Origin: Macrostomum lignano
Lineage: Eukaryota
Assembly (NCBI GenBank): GCA_002269645.1
Contig: NIVC01001767.1
Coordinates: 1-64,000 of the forward strand
DNA: 64,000 nt
Direction: 5' to 3'
Position 1 is the stretch's first letter, and the number at the start of each line of letters is the position of its first letter. Shown here in pieces: positions 22,873 to 36,314 of the stretch. The notes beneath the pieces are model-generated. The model was not told the DNA's origin and ran no database searches. It saw nothing but the letters and a program-made list of their open reading frames with translations. The translations under genes were made by a program, and so were the position numbers.

Positions 22873-23901
22873 AAGAGACAGGGGCGCCCGCCAAGAGAGA
22901 AGGCGCCCACCAAGAGAGACAGGGCAGCTGCCCACCAAAAGCCAGGGGCGCGATCACCAAGAGACGGGTGCTCTGCACCAAGAGACAGGGGCGCTCACCA
23001 AGAGACAGGGCTATAGGGCGCCCTGCTGTAAGAGACAGATCAAAGTCATCAGCTTTAATTGCACTGTTTCAAGCCGTAGTAGGCTAGGTGCATAGAGTCG
23101 GGAAAAACTTCACAGGACTACAGCGTGTGTTTGGCCGATGGGCCGCGCAGCGGATTCGAGGAAGGACGGCCGCTTTTTGGACAGTGTATTTGAGAAACAA
23201 CTGGCACAGGTCAGGTTTTGATTAACCATGTACTGTACGTGTACATACATACAGTATAGTCACGCTGCTACCGCGGCCCTTCCAAAGCGAATTAGCTGCA
23301 GTGGAAATTCAGCACTGTGGCGCATCGAAAGACATTTTGATGCTGAAGACACTAGCTACTGACTATTTTGCACCGCAGATATGCTAATCCTTGAGCTTTG
23401 AGTTATTTCAGCTCTATTCTTCCGCAGCAGCTACTGTACATGTAGGTACATATGTCACCGTAAATTATATCGGCCGAGACGTGAATTTGATGAATAATCA
23501 TCTCATCTCATGGGATATGAATCATGTGGCCTTGCATGTTCGTGTTTAGTAAACCTAAGTGAAATGCGCTCAGTATAGTAGGAAAGAAAGATTAGAAAAA
23601 TCTGCCTACTTCAGCAAACTAGCGCGGTACTTAATCTAATTTGGAGTTACATACAAGTTATATAGTGGTCCTCTGGTGTGGACTCTAAAATTTTTGAAAA
23701 TTAGTGTTATCCGACCATTCGGTAATCCTCTAATCACTATGCCTAAATTTCCTGCAAATATGTTGCTCGGATTACTTAGGCTCGACGTCCTTTGGTTGTA
23801 AAAATTTGCTTGTTAACTTATTTTTAGGAAGCGTAGCTCGTTGGAAAATGTTTATAAAATGCAACTAGTTTTACTTACGATTCATTTTGGTCCAGTTTGC
23901 T

Positions 23902-24280
23902 GGGTCTCCCTAAAACACGCACCGCACCGCCCCGAACCGCTACACATTATAACATTTTTTGTCAATGCAGTATTTGATTGCAAAGAAAACTATTTGTTGT
24001 ACGAGTAATGGAATAAATATCTTTAATTAATATTATAAATATTGTTATTATTTTTTATATTCTCGTTTTCATTATAAAATTATATTATTAATTTTTTATT
24101 AAAATTATTAATAATATCACTTATTTTTCACCGAATTTCATATTTCATAGTAAACAAACTTAATTTAATAAAACTTTGAAGCTTAACAGAAAACGCATTT
24201 TGAAGTGTCTTCAGTTATAGTCCAATTTGTTTTAATGTGTAGCGCTGCAGGGCGGTGCGGGGCGTGTTTTAGGGAGACCC
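23902..24280. mobile_element. MITE with GGG termini and 8-bp TSD (Merlin-like)
   Basis: TIR GGGTCTCCCTAAAACACGC / GCGTGTTTTAGGGAGACCC; TSD AGTTTGCT at 23894-23901 and 24281-24288; AT-rich non-coding interior. Confidence 0.85.
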
Positions 24281-25897
24281 AGTTTGCTACTATTTTGCGA
24301 TTACCGGATTATTCATTGTCATATTCGTCCTCTTGTTCAAGATCCACATTGTACACCCCGCAATCGCATTTCAAGACAAATCTCAGTCTCATTTGGCCTA
24401 GTTATATAGTTAGTTAACTTAGTTATATTCTTCTGGAACAGTATTTGGTGAGCTTAAGACCTACTTGGCCTTAGCCTTGGCATGGCCTACTTAGGCCTAC
24501 TAGTACTAATCTACATACAATGTGAATTGGACAAAAATGTCAAATAAGTAGCTAGGGGCTAGCGCCAAAGATTTCGCAAAAACTGACACGTCTTTGAAAA
24601 TATTTTTGCTTTAGACTTTGGTTAAGGCGTTAGTCCATGGCTAGCTTAGGTTAGATTTATTGCTTTTAAGATCCAACATTAGGCCTAAGTTGCTTTAGCC
24701 TATGTGCCAATCAATGTTAATTTTTTATTTTGTACCAATTTAGGCCCCTAATCTTTTGTTGAAAGACAAAAGCTAGTCTGTTCCTTGTTTTAATATAATA
24801 GTTAAGGCTACTCGTAGTATAAGTAGGCTAAGAGGCTTAGCCTGTCTGTCTCTTGACTCTTATTGTCTTGAGTCTTGTAGACTTTATTTCACCTAGGCCT
24901 AGCTATTCTTTTTTAATGTAAATTCAAATTTATTATATTAGGGCCTAGTTTGTCTCTTTATATTAGTTTGATAGGCCTAGCCCTTGGCTTTAGTAGCTTC
25001 CATATTCCTGTGACACTCTGGATCATATACTATTTATCCAAAAAATAGGCCTTAGGGTATGCATTGGCCTTGTGCACCTAAATAAATTTAGATGTGCATA
25101 ATTAGCATGCTTGACTCCTTAAAAATAGTGTGTATGCATGCAACCATAGGCCTAGGCCTAGTCATGCTAGTGTATACTTCATTAAATCATATGAAATAAT
25201 TAGTATAAAGTGGAAAAAAGATTGAAAGATTCAATTTCAAGTATAAATTTTAAGCTTTCTAGTTTTTAAGCTTTCTAATTATATTATAATTTGTTTAAAT
25301 ATGCACATTAACTTTGTAAAAAAATTGAAGGCAAAAAAGTAAATGAAGGACTATATGTTTGTGCAGGGCCCCTCCCAATTTCTTTATAAAATAGTCACCG
25401 TTTAGTCAATTTGAATTCACGCCAAAACTAAGAAACATATTTTGTTTTAATACTCATATTTTTCATAATATTTTATGTGAACTAATTTTGTTTAAACTAG
25501 CAGTAAATTTTAGTATAAATAGAAGCGTTTTTGGCGGAAAAGAGACCAACCTCGCGCATCGCGGTTCCACAATAAGTGATTGTTAGCGAATAGTAAGAGT
25601 TCCAAGAAAATAAGAATTGAAAAAGTGTTTTCTATGTTAATTCCTTTTACGAAATAAGAGTGAAATAGACTGAAGCATATACAGTACATTGAGAAGCAGC
25701 AGTATTGAGTAGTAGGAGAATACAAAGTAGATCTGAAATGACACATATAAGTGTAAGAATAACCGGAGGCTGTGACCCTCTGATCTTGGTAACGCCCAAG
25801 GACTTGCAAAGTACATGAAATACACATACCAGTAAGCCAAAATACTGCTCAGGCCCAATTATTAAATAGAATGCTACCAGAATAATAGAATGCTACC

Positions 25898-26194
25898 CAT
25901 ACATGCGCAACAGTCGGCCAAGTCGGCCGATCTGGCCGACCGATTTGGCGGCCAACCAAGAAAGTCGCAAAAATGCCCACCCAAAAAAACACCCAAGTAA
26001 TAGTACTAAGTAGCTGACGAGGCATTTTAGCTTACTAAGACAGTCATAGTTACTCCTGCCGTTTACCCAAAGTTGCGTTAATTTTGCTTTAGGGTTTTTT
26101 ACATGTAAGTCGCATTTTTGGCCAAAAACTACGTCGCATTTTTGTTAAAACTAAGTTGCACGGCCGACCGAATTTTGGAGGTTGCGCATGTATG
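25898..26194. mobile_element. hAT-type MITE, family A copy 1 (297 bp)
   Basis: TIR CATACATGCGCAAC / GTTGCGCATGTATG; 8-bp TSD ATGCTACC (25890-25897, 26195-26202). Confidence 0.9.
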
Positions 26195-26951
26195 ATGCTA
26201 CCAGAATAACAGAGGAGTAAAATCTTTCAGGGTTAATAGTTTTCTAAGAATAATACTCAGACTAAATACTCAGACCTATTCTAAGAAATATTCTCAGACT
26301 TATTCTAAGATTAATAAACTCATAATTTATTAATAGAATAGTCTTGGTGGCAGCTACCAACATTTATAAACAGGAGTTTAGCCTTTTGACAACTTTAGTG
26401 ACAGCTGTGGAATCATTTGAAGAGACAGAAGAATCAGCCCTTTGACAACTTGGTTGCAGTAGTGGGATAATTTCAGTAAGAGCAATTACGCCTTTGACAA
26501 CTTTGGTGTCAGTGTTTGAGATTTAAATAGAGAGAACAAGAACTACTTTGACATGTTAAATTGAAAACTTAAAGTAATTAATAAAGGGACTCTCATAGTA
26601 GACTCTATAGTTTAAAGTTGTTAACTTAGATAATCTAATGCACATCAAATTTGATCAGTTACAAGATATCTTGGTATATGTATCTGAGGTATCTAAAAAT
26701 TAAAATAGGCCTAGATAGGTAAAAACACTTTTAAACAAGTTAAGCACATGCAAGTATGCAGTTTTCTACATCAATCTAAATCTTTTAAAGTGAGTAAAAA
26801 TGTATCCCAATTATTATTATTTTTAAGTCTATTGGTGCATTTTTGGAGCATATAAATCAACTGTTATTCTCATTTGTTACCAAAGTGGCTATTACCAAAG
26901 TAGATTATTACCTATTAGTGTATGCTAAATAGGTTGTCTTATGCTACAGGC

Positions 26952-27346
26952 TAGAGGTCAGACGGGATCCCGATCCCGAAATCTCGGGATCCCAAGGAAA
27001 ATTGAATTCCCGCGGGACGAGAATCCCGACCCTAAAAAACTCGAGATTCGGGAACAGGTCTTTTGATTAAATAATTTATAGAATTAGTGATTACTTGAAG
27101 GTATTTTGCTTTAACTTGTACTCATTACATTATTTACTTTGTTGGTTACAAAACTTTATATCAATTTTGTTGTGTTTTACTTCTTGATCTTGACAATCTT
27201 TTCTCAATTTTGTTTAACTTTACATGGACAATACACTAAAAGACCTGATCCCGATTTCCAAAATCCCGATCCCGATCCTGATCCCAAGAAAAAAATTATT
27301 CCCGATCCCGATCCCGCCCAAAGATTTCAATCCCGTCCGACCTCTA
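26952..27346. mobile_element. hAT-type MITE, family B (395 bp)
   Basis: TIR TAGAGGTCAGACGGGAT / ATCCCGTCCGACCTCTA; 8-bp TSD CTACAGGC (26944-26951, 27347-27354); subterminal CCCGAT repeats. Confidence 0.9.
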
Positions 27347-27896
27347 CTACAGGCTAGTATATGTAGTATGCAATATGTATATTGCTAGTGCTTGAGCTTG
27401 ATTATTTAATATAAAACTTGTAACATTAATATACCTAAAATTGCTAATTGCCACAGGTAAAAAATAAAAATGTTAAATATGAAATCTTCATTCTATATGG
27501 CATGCTTTTTAAGGAATTGTCTTATTGCTTTTTTATGTTTGCTTATTTTACTTGCAACTTGCTAATGTTCTTTTCTTTGCCATGTGATAAAAATGTTATT
27601 TGTAGCATTACATTAGAAAACTACCCTAGTTTGCTTAACCTTGATTTGTGGCATTTTCTATGCTATAATATTTTTTCTTCAGTTTTATTGAGTATAAAAT
27701 TACAATAAATATGATTCATATTCCATATAACAAATGCAATCAATAAATGTTGTAACAAAATTGAAATCTAATGCATGTTCGCATGCATTATTGATTGCTT
27801 AACTGTTGCAATAAGAAACTAAAACAGTCACAAACCAAAAAACACTGAATTCATTAACAGATAAAGTGCTCACTATAACTTATTCAACTGACGGCC

Positions 27897-30800
27897 ATGA
27901 CTGAACTTGTTGATGAAGCCAAAACAGCTGGCGCCAGTGAAGCTGCAAAAAAGCCAACTGAAAGCAATAATGCAACACCTGCCAGTAATACTAATCTTGC
28001 CAGTGTAAATGGCACTGGCGACAACAATAATGACAACAATTTGACCAACAACAATCTGTCAGATGATGTCAAAGAGACTCAGTCGCAGCAGCCAGCCATT
28101 GACAATCGGGTCAGTAATTGGCTAGCCAAGAATTGTCAATACCAGCAGAACCAGCAGCAGACTGCAGAGCCAGCTGAAGAAGACGATGAAATAGACGAGA
28201 ATGACAGCGGTCGGCATTCCGACTCAAACAATGCTCAGATTAGTAGCAACAGCGCTAACAAAAATACTAACGCGAAAACTGTTAGCGAGCGTAATAATCG
28301 TACTATTGTACGGGGCGCTTCGCCCGTGCCAGGCGACGAAACTGACATTGTGCACCAGTTCCTCATACCTAATCGATTGGGCGGCTCAATGGTGGGCACT
28401 GGCGGCCGTAATATTAGCTATATTCGCAGCAAGTCCGGCGCCTCGGTTTGGATCAGTCGCAACTTTTTTGATAAGAAGACTCAAGTTGTTAATATCAGAG
28501 GTTTGTAATGGTCTTGGATTTTTTATTTCAAAACTTGCAGTGCTGAAGGAGCAGCGGGTATGGGAGAGGGCGGCAGTAGCAGTGCTGAAGGAGCAGCGGG
28601 TATTGGAGAGGGCGGCAGTAGCAGTGCTGAAGGAGCAGCGGGTATGGGAGAGGGCGGCAGTAGCAGTGCTGAAGGATCAGCGGGTATGGGAGAGGGCGGC
28701 AGTAGCAGTGCTGAAGGAGCAGCGGGTATGGGAGAGGGCGGCAGTAGCAGTGCTGAAGGATCAGCGGGTATGGGAGAGGGCGGCAGTAGCAGTGCTGAAG
28801 GAGCAGCGGGTATGGGAGAGGGCGGCAGTAGCAGTGCTGAAGGATCAGCGGGTATGGGAGAGGGCGGCAGTAGCAGTGCTGAAGGATCAGCGGGTATGGG
28901 AGCGGGCGGCAGTAGCAGTGCTGAAGGAGCAGCGGGTATGGGAGAGGGCGGCAGTAGCAGTGCTGAAGGATCAGCGGGTATGGGAGAGGGCGGCAGTAGC
29001 AGTGCTGAAGGATCAGCGGGTATGGGAGAGGGCGGCAGTAGCAGTGCTGAAGGAGCAGCGGGTATGGGAGAGGGCGGCAGTAGCAGTGCTGAAGGATCAG
29101 CGGGTATGGGAGAGGGCGGCAGTAGCAGTGCTGAAGGATCAGCGGGTATGGGAGAGGGCGGCAGTAGCAGTGCTGAAGGAGCAGCGGGTATGGGAGAGGG
29201 CGGCAGTAGCAGTGCTGAAGGAGCAGCGGGTATGGGAGAGGGCGGCAGTAGCAGTGCTGAAGGATCAGCGGCTTGGAAATGAGCTCATACATGCGCAACC
29301 TCCAAAATTCGGTCGGCCATGCGACTTAGTTTTAACAAAAATGCGACGTAGTTTTTGGCCAAAAATGCGACTTACACATCAAAAAACTCTAAAGCAAAAT
29401 AAACGCAACTTTGGGTAAACGGCAGGAGTAACTATAACTGTCTTATTAAGCCAAAATGCCTCGTCAGCTACTTAGTACTACTACTTAGGTAAATTTTTGG
29501 GTGGGTATTTTTGCGACTTCCTTGGTTGGCCGCCAAATCGGTCGGCCGAATCGGCCGACTCGGCCGACTGTTGCGCATGTATGAATGAGCTTGCCATTAT
29601 ATTGATTAATTAGATCATCATAAGGAAGCTCTTAAGACAGGTAGATTGCAAAGTTTTTTGTTTTGATTTCTATCAGTATATTCTTGATAAACTAATTGTT
29701 GTAGGTCCCGTCGAGTGCGTAAAGATTGCTCTCCAGGTGATTAAAAAACGTTTCCCAGAGCTGGACGTTAAACCAATTAATACGGCCGTGCCAATACAGC
29801 GGAACCCCGCTCTGCAGCCGACTATGTGCCAGGTAAAGGCAGTTTGAAATTGTGTCGTATTTTTTACGATTACGATGCAAGGATATGTTTATTTTTCCGG
29901 TTCTTCATTTTGCCACTATTGATAGAGTATCTGGAGTTGATGAACTTGACCTAAAATTGCTAAACCAAGATAACTACAATGGAATGTCCTTCCAGATATC
30001 TATACACTCTTGTATTCCATGGGAGGAGAGAGAGATAGGAAATAAACCAACGAACACGAGGCCGGTTATTTTCGGAGGGAAGGAAAGGGCGGTTCTCTTT
30101 GTCCTTCTTTGGTCTGCTATCGGTTAAAGTGCAACTCGCAAGTTATACTAGCTGAACTGTAAAACTGGAATCTCTTCTCTCCCCCCCCCTCTGCCCGTGC
30201 CTTTTTTGCCTTTTTCTTTAGTTTAGTCGGTTCGGTTCAATTCAGAGAGTTGGCATGAACACCTAAGCTAGATAGCACTGTCCGAGTTAGACTTCTTTAT
30301 TGCTGCTTGTGATTCTTTCTCTCTAGGAATCTCAGCTAGTTTAGCTTCACTATTCTTCCATTCTTGCATCTGTCTTTAACTGCCAGTTTCCTTTTTTCAA
30401 CTAAGTTTATAATGTCCATGAATTGTAGAGGTTTTTTGTTCTAATCTAATTGGCTTGAAACAGAAAGCATTTGAGCTAGTAATTTCTTTTAACATTTGCG
30501 CCTCTAATTCTAAATTCCACTCACTCGTTCGGAGGCCGCGGAACTAGTTTTGTCTAAACATACTACATACTAGCTTATTTTTTGGGGTTAAAGAATCGCA
30601 AATTTTCATAATGCCTAAACTTCCCATTCCCCAGATTTCATAATAATCATCAGATTTCATAATCATCGAATTTCATAATCGTCAGATTTCATAATCATCA
30701 GATTTCATAATAATCGAATTTCATAATCATCAGATTTCATAATCATCAGATTTCATAATCATCAGCTTTCATAATAATCATCAGATTTCATAATCATCGA

Positions 30801-33800
30801 ATTTCATAGTCATCAGATTTCATAATCATCGAATTTCATAATCATCAGATTTCATAATCATCGAATTTCATAATCGTCAGATTTCATAATCATCAGATTT
30901 CATAATCATCAGATTTCATAATCATCAGATTTCATAATCATCAGATTTCATAATCATCGAATTTCATAATCGTCAGATTTCATAATCATCAGATTTCATA
31001 ATAATCGAATTTCATAATCATCAGATTTCATAATCATCAGATTTCATAATCATCAGCTTTCATAATAATCATCAGATTTCATAATCATCGAATTTCATAG
31101 TCATCAGATTTCATAATCATCGAATTTCATAATCATCAGATTTCATAATCATCGAATTTCATAATCGTCAGATTTCATAATCATCAGATTTCATAATCAT
31201 CAGATTTCATAATCATCAGATTTCATAATCATCAGATTTCATAATCATCGAATTTCATAATCGTCAGATTTCATAATCATCAGATTTCATAATAATCGAA
31301 TTTCATAATCATCAGATTTCATAATCATCAGATTTCATAATCATCAGATTTCATAATCATCGAATTTCATAATCGTCAGATTTCATAATCATCAGATTTC
31401 ATAATCGTCAGATTTCATAATCATCAGATTTCATAATCATCGAATTTCATAATCGTCAGATTTCATAATCATCAGATTTCATAGTCATCAGATTTCATAA
31501 TCATCGAATTTCATAATCATCAGATTTCATAATCATCGAATTTCATAATCGTCAGATTTCATAATCATCAGATTTCATAATAATCGAATTTCATAATCAT
31601 CAGATTTCATAATCATCAGATTTCATAATCATCAGCTTTCATAATAATCATCAGATTTCATAATCATCGAATTTCATAGTCATCAGATTTCATAATCATC
31701 GAATTTCATAATCATCAGATTTCATAATAATCATCAGATTTCATAATCATCAGATTTCATAATCATCAGATTTCATAATCATCAGATTTCATAATCATCA
31801 GATTTCATAATCATCAGATTTCATAATCATCATCAGATTTCATAATCATCAGATTTCATAATCATCAGATTTCATAATCATCAGATTTCATAATCATCGA
31901 ATTTCATAATCATCAGATTTCATAATCTCAAAGTTGCAAGTCATATTTCAATTATCGTCTATTGTAAGTTTTTGCAGTTTTGAATAAATTTTCGAATAAA
32001 TTAAGCTTTTTAAAAGCAGGCAATGCTCTTTTTTAATCTTATCTTTTAATATTTATAATTGTAGCTACAGACACCGTTTTGATAAAATATCCTAAGTTAA
32101 CTTTCCCGCAGACTAGGCGGGCTAGTCTAGATAAAGCCAAGTTTCAAAAAAAAGTTTTTCGTTTATCTTTCAGTCCATTTTGTTTGCCCTGGGTCCATAC
32201 GGCAGAGAATTTGTGCTGCGCGTGTGCCCTCTATTGACCTAGAGTCCTATAGACTTGCATGCGGCGCGACTATCACTGCCCGGCAACTCATTGAGTTACT
32301 CGCAACCAACCCGTTCCCATGCCTCCAGGTGTTTGAATTTAGCATTGATGTTGCAATCATTGTTAAAACACACTAAACGCTAAAGAGAGCCAACGCATAT
32401 TAGGGTCAATTTGGGTATATAGTTAATGAGTAATTCATCAAGTTTTACGTTTTCAAGTCTCAAGTTAAACATTGTTGCCAAGAAATTGTGGTTTTATAAG
32501 ATAATTTTGTTCGAAAACTGATCTCGGTAAATTCCTATCGTCGTATCGTCAAAAGACCTCAAGAATTATTCTCCAGAATTGGAATGACCCTAATTGGGCC
32601 AAAGATCTAATTAATATTTTTAGCTTAAAAAAATTACCGGTAGTTTGATAGAATCGCCCTTAACTCCCTTACCCTAAAAATCGCCGTCAAAAATCTCCCT
32701 TAACTCCCCAAGAATCGCCGTCAACTCTCCAAAAATCGCCGTCAAGAATCGCCCTCAGCTCCCCAAAAATCGCCGTCAAGAATCACCCTCAAGAATCGCC
32801 CTCAACTTCCCAAAAATCGCCGTCAAAAATCACCCTCAAGAATCGCCCTCAACTCCCCAAAAATCGCTGTCAAGAATCACCCTCAAGAATCGCCCTTAAC
32901 TCCCCAAAAATCGCCGTCAAGAACCGCCTCCAAGAATCCATTTCCCTTATCCTCTAACAGCTAAGCCTGCCGGTGGGCGCTACAATCGACGTAACCGTCT
33001 GCGCAATGTCCCGCGGCACAACCGTATTCCTGCAGCAGCCGACGCATCCCAGTTTTCATCATCTGGAAAAAATGGACGCCACTATTAAACGTCATTACGG
33101 CGGCGGCGTGGGCCCGGGTTCGATTCCGCAGCAGCCGCCGCCCTGCCTGCCACGGCCAGTCAATCCTGGAGCCGTCTGCATTGCCCCCTTCGGCAACAGC
33201 TGGCATCGGGCCATCATTGCCGACGTCTTTCCCGAGGAGGACGCGGTGCTGATGAAATACCTGGACTGGGGCGGCTATGAGAAAATGCCAGTTGGTTGTC
33301 TGAAGCAGATTCGGTTAGTGGAGCGATTTACCTGAGATGCCAAGTCTCACGGGGAGAATTTTGCTGAGATCCCAAGGCTCATGGGGGTGGGAATTGTGCT
33401 GAGATACCAAGGCTCATGGGGGAATTGTGCTAAGATACTAAGGCTCATGGGGGGAATTGTGCTGAGATACCAAGGCTCATGCGGGAATTGTGCTGAGATG
33501 CCAAGGCTCATGGGGGAATTGTGCTGAGATGCCAAGGCTCATGGGGAGAATTTTGCTGAGATGCCAAGGCTCATGGGGGATTTTGCTGAGATACCAAGGC
33601 TCACGGCTGAGAATATGCTCAGACCATATTCTAAAAAAGGCTTTCAATCCAACTGTTTAAATCTCACCTTGATCTACCCCGGAGTCGACTCTCAACTCCG
33701 ACTTGATTATCAATTTTTATTCGACCTTTGGAATACCCTCTTAATCCACTCTGATGACCTACCCCAACCTAAACTCACCTAAAGAATCCAGCCCCAACCT

Positions 33801-34985
33801 AAACTTACCTAAAGAATCCAGCCCCAACCTAAACTCACCTAAAGAATCCAGCCCCAACCTAAACTCACCTAAAGAATCCAGCCCCAACCTAAACTCACCT
33901 AAAGAATCCAGCCCCAACCTAAACTCACCTAAAGAATCCAGCCCCAACCTAAACTCACCTAAAGAATCCAGCCCCAACCTAAACTCACCTAAAGAATCCA
34001 GCCCCAACCTAAACTCACCTAAAGAATCCAGCCCCAACCTAAACTCACCTAAAGAATCCAGCCCCAACCTAAACTCACCTAAAGAATCCAGCCCCGACCT
34101 AAACTCACCTAAAGAATCCAGCCCCAACCTAAACTCACCTAAAGAATCCAGCCCCAACCTAAACTCACCTAAAGAATCCAGCCCCAACCTAAACTCACCT
34201 AAAGAATCCAGCCCCAACCTAAACTCACCTAAAGAATCCAGCCCCAACCTAAACTCACCTAAAGAATCCAGCCCCAACCTAAACTCACCTAAAGAATCCA
34301 GCCCCAACCTAAACTCACCTAAAGAATCCAGCCCTAACCTAAACTTACCTAAATAATCCAGCCCCAACCTAAACTCACCTAAAGAATCCAGCCCTAACCT
34401 AAACTCACCTAAAGAATCCAGCCCCAACCTAAACTCACCTAAAGAATCCAGCCCCAACCTAAACTCACCTAAAGAATCCAGCCCCAACCTAAACTCACCT
34501 AAAGAATCCAGCCCCAACCTAAACTCACCTAAAGAATCCAGCCCTAACCTAAACTCACCTAAAGAATCCAGCCCCAACCTAAACTCACCTAAAGAATCCA
34601 GCCCCCTTTGGATTCCAGCACAGAGATGATGCACCTGCCATTCCAAGCGGTGGAAGCGCACCTGGCCTACGTCAGTCCGGCCATTTCAACCGCGGCGGGC
34701 TCCGCAGACGTGGATGTCCAGCTAGACAGCATCAGCCGATCCGTTCACCAAGGCTACTTGACCAACAAGCGAGTGAAATGCCAGGTAGTGTACTTTAACG
34801 ATGTTAACCAGCCGTGCGTTTACCTGTACACAAAGGAGCCGCAGCAGTCTCAGTGGCGATTTGTTCAAGAAGATCTGGTTCAGGCCGGCCTGATGCACTG
34901 GTTTCAAATGCCCAGGTCGCCGCCCCAGCTGCCTGTGTCGTCGGCATCAGCTACTAATAGTAATAAGAGTGCGGCAACCAATTGA
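27897..34985 (+). CDS. AKAP1: AKAP1/spoonbill-like KH-Tudor protein, ~483 aa; exons 27897-28500, 29705-29832, 32961-33313, 34619-34985
   Basis: KH domain with intact GxxG (GSMVGTGGRNISYIRSKSGA); then IKKRFPEL, VFLQQPTHPSF, Tudor SWHRA...KYLDWGGYE, IR|TEMMHLPFQAVE. All three GT-AG junctions keep phase (1,0,2). Confidence 0.88.
28536..29270. repeat. 42-bp minisatellite in AKAP1 intron 1 (~17 copies)
   Basis: Unit GCAGTGCTGAAGGA[G/T]CAGCGGGTATGGGAGAGGGCGGCAGTA. Confidence 0.96.
29286..29583. mobile_element. hAT-type MITE, family A copy 2, inverted relative to copy 1
   Basis: Same 14-bp TIR; 8-bp TSD AATGAGCT (29278-29285, 29584-29591); interior is the reverse complement of 25898-26194 with scattered differences. 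Confidence 0.9.
30633..31926. repeat. 16-bp minisatellite (AGATTTCATAATCATC) in AKAP1 intron 2
   Basis: Direct reading. Confidence 0.96.
32653..32937. repeat. degenerate composite repeat (AAGAATCGCCCTC / AAAAATCGCCGTC) ending next to a splice acceptor
   Basis: Direct reading. Confidence 0.8.
33340..33610. repeat. ~32-bp minisatellite (GAGATACCAAGGCTCATGGGGGGAATTGTGCT) after the exon 3 donor
   Basis: Direct reading. Confidence 0.88.
33763..34605. repeat. 30-bp minisatellite (CCTAAAGAATCCAGCCCCAACCTAAACTCA), ~28 copies, running up to the exon 4 acceptor
   Basis: Direct reading. Confidence 0.97.
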
Positions 34986-36314
34986 AGTATCGGATTAAGC
35001 GTTTTACTACCGGATGTTTCTTGGATAAGTTGTGCATCTGAGCATAAATTTATTTTGGCAATTTTTCAAATTCTGACTGCTTTTTTGTGGTTCCTTTTTC
35101 TCGGTGTGTTGTTGCTGTTGTTGCAGTTCCTAGTTGCAACACTTTCAACTGGGCGATTCAAACCCTATTTATTGCTAGCGCTATTGGACCCCAGTCTGCG
35201 TCTGGCTTGAATAATTTTATCCAATACTATTTATTTACTGACTTTAGCCATCTGAAATGACTACCTATAAGCCATTATATTATGTTGTATCGCCACTATT
35301 TTGATTAGAAAAATCTGTCTGAAAAAATGCTAACTATATTCGCCATACACTACTGAGTAACGAGAAAACCTGTCTGGTAGTAGTAGTAGCGAGAATTTTG
35401 AAAATTTTACATTTTAATTTATTTTTCAACTGTTGATTATCATCTGTGTTTATTATTGCCCCCCCCCCCTGCGTTGCTGGCCGGCTTCCGTTATGATTAT
35501 CATCTAGCTAAATTTGTGCAAAAGTTTTGAGACTAACAAAATCTGAATAATAATTATAAAATAAATATTTTCATTGTTGTTTATTATTTATATGTGACTT
35601 CTAAATGCTGATACAATTTCGCCGAAAATTATAGTTTTTAAATTGTTGTTTCACTACTAAGTTTGACTACTTATTAACTCCGCGTTCGTGCCGCATTATT
35701 GATGCAAAATTTTTTTTTTTTAATCATTTATTTCATTTAATCTGGACATTTTTCTGCGTTTCGAACACTATCCAGGTAGGCCTTCAACTATATCCGATTC
35801 TTGTTACCTGCAGTACTATCTCCGGTTTCGGGTCTGTGCTTTTATCATGCGGTTTTAATGACTTTTAAATAAAAAACTGTCAACTTATTTCATTTTTAAA
35901 CAGTGCGATCCGCGCTCTTGCAAGACGTTTCCCTTCTCTCGATGCTTGACTTCGATTTTAGCCTCTCCGTTCGCGTCCGTAATCTTATTCTTTTCTTCCC
36001 TTTTTCTCAAAACCTGTTTTTTGTGCAGTGCGGCAGCCCCCCTCCCGAATTTTAAATGCGTTTTTCTCTCGTTTAATCCTATAATTTGGCGTTTTGTTCG
36101 TGTTTCAATGGTTCAGTTTGCTTGTTGAAGGAAGTATATTAAAGGCATTCAAATCCTACTGTTTAGTGTTCGTTTGTGTCGGTTGTTTTCGCTGCAGTTT
36201 AAAAACCAAAACAACTTTAATACTGATTTATGAATTTATTCACTTTTGATTTATTAGTTTATTGTTTTTTTCTGGGAAAGAAACAGGTTCAATACCCTTC
36301 TTTTGGGCCACCGC

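Noticed and set aside
28501-29418. Alternative acceptor at 28540 giving an in-frame VLKEQRVWERAAVA repeat tail
   Set aside because: It would need a 40-bp intron, would truncate the KH domain and would end inside a MITE; no supporting evidence.
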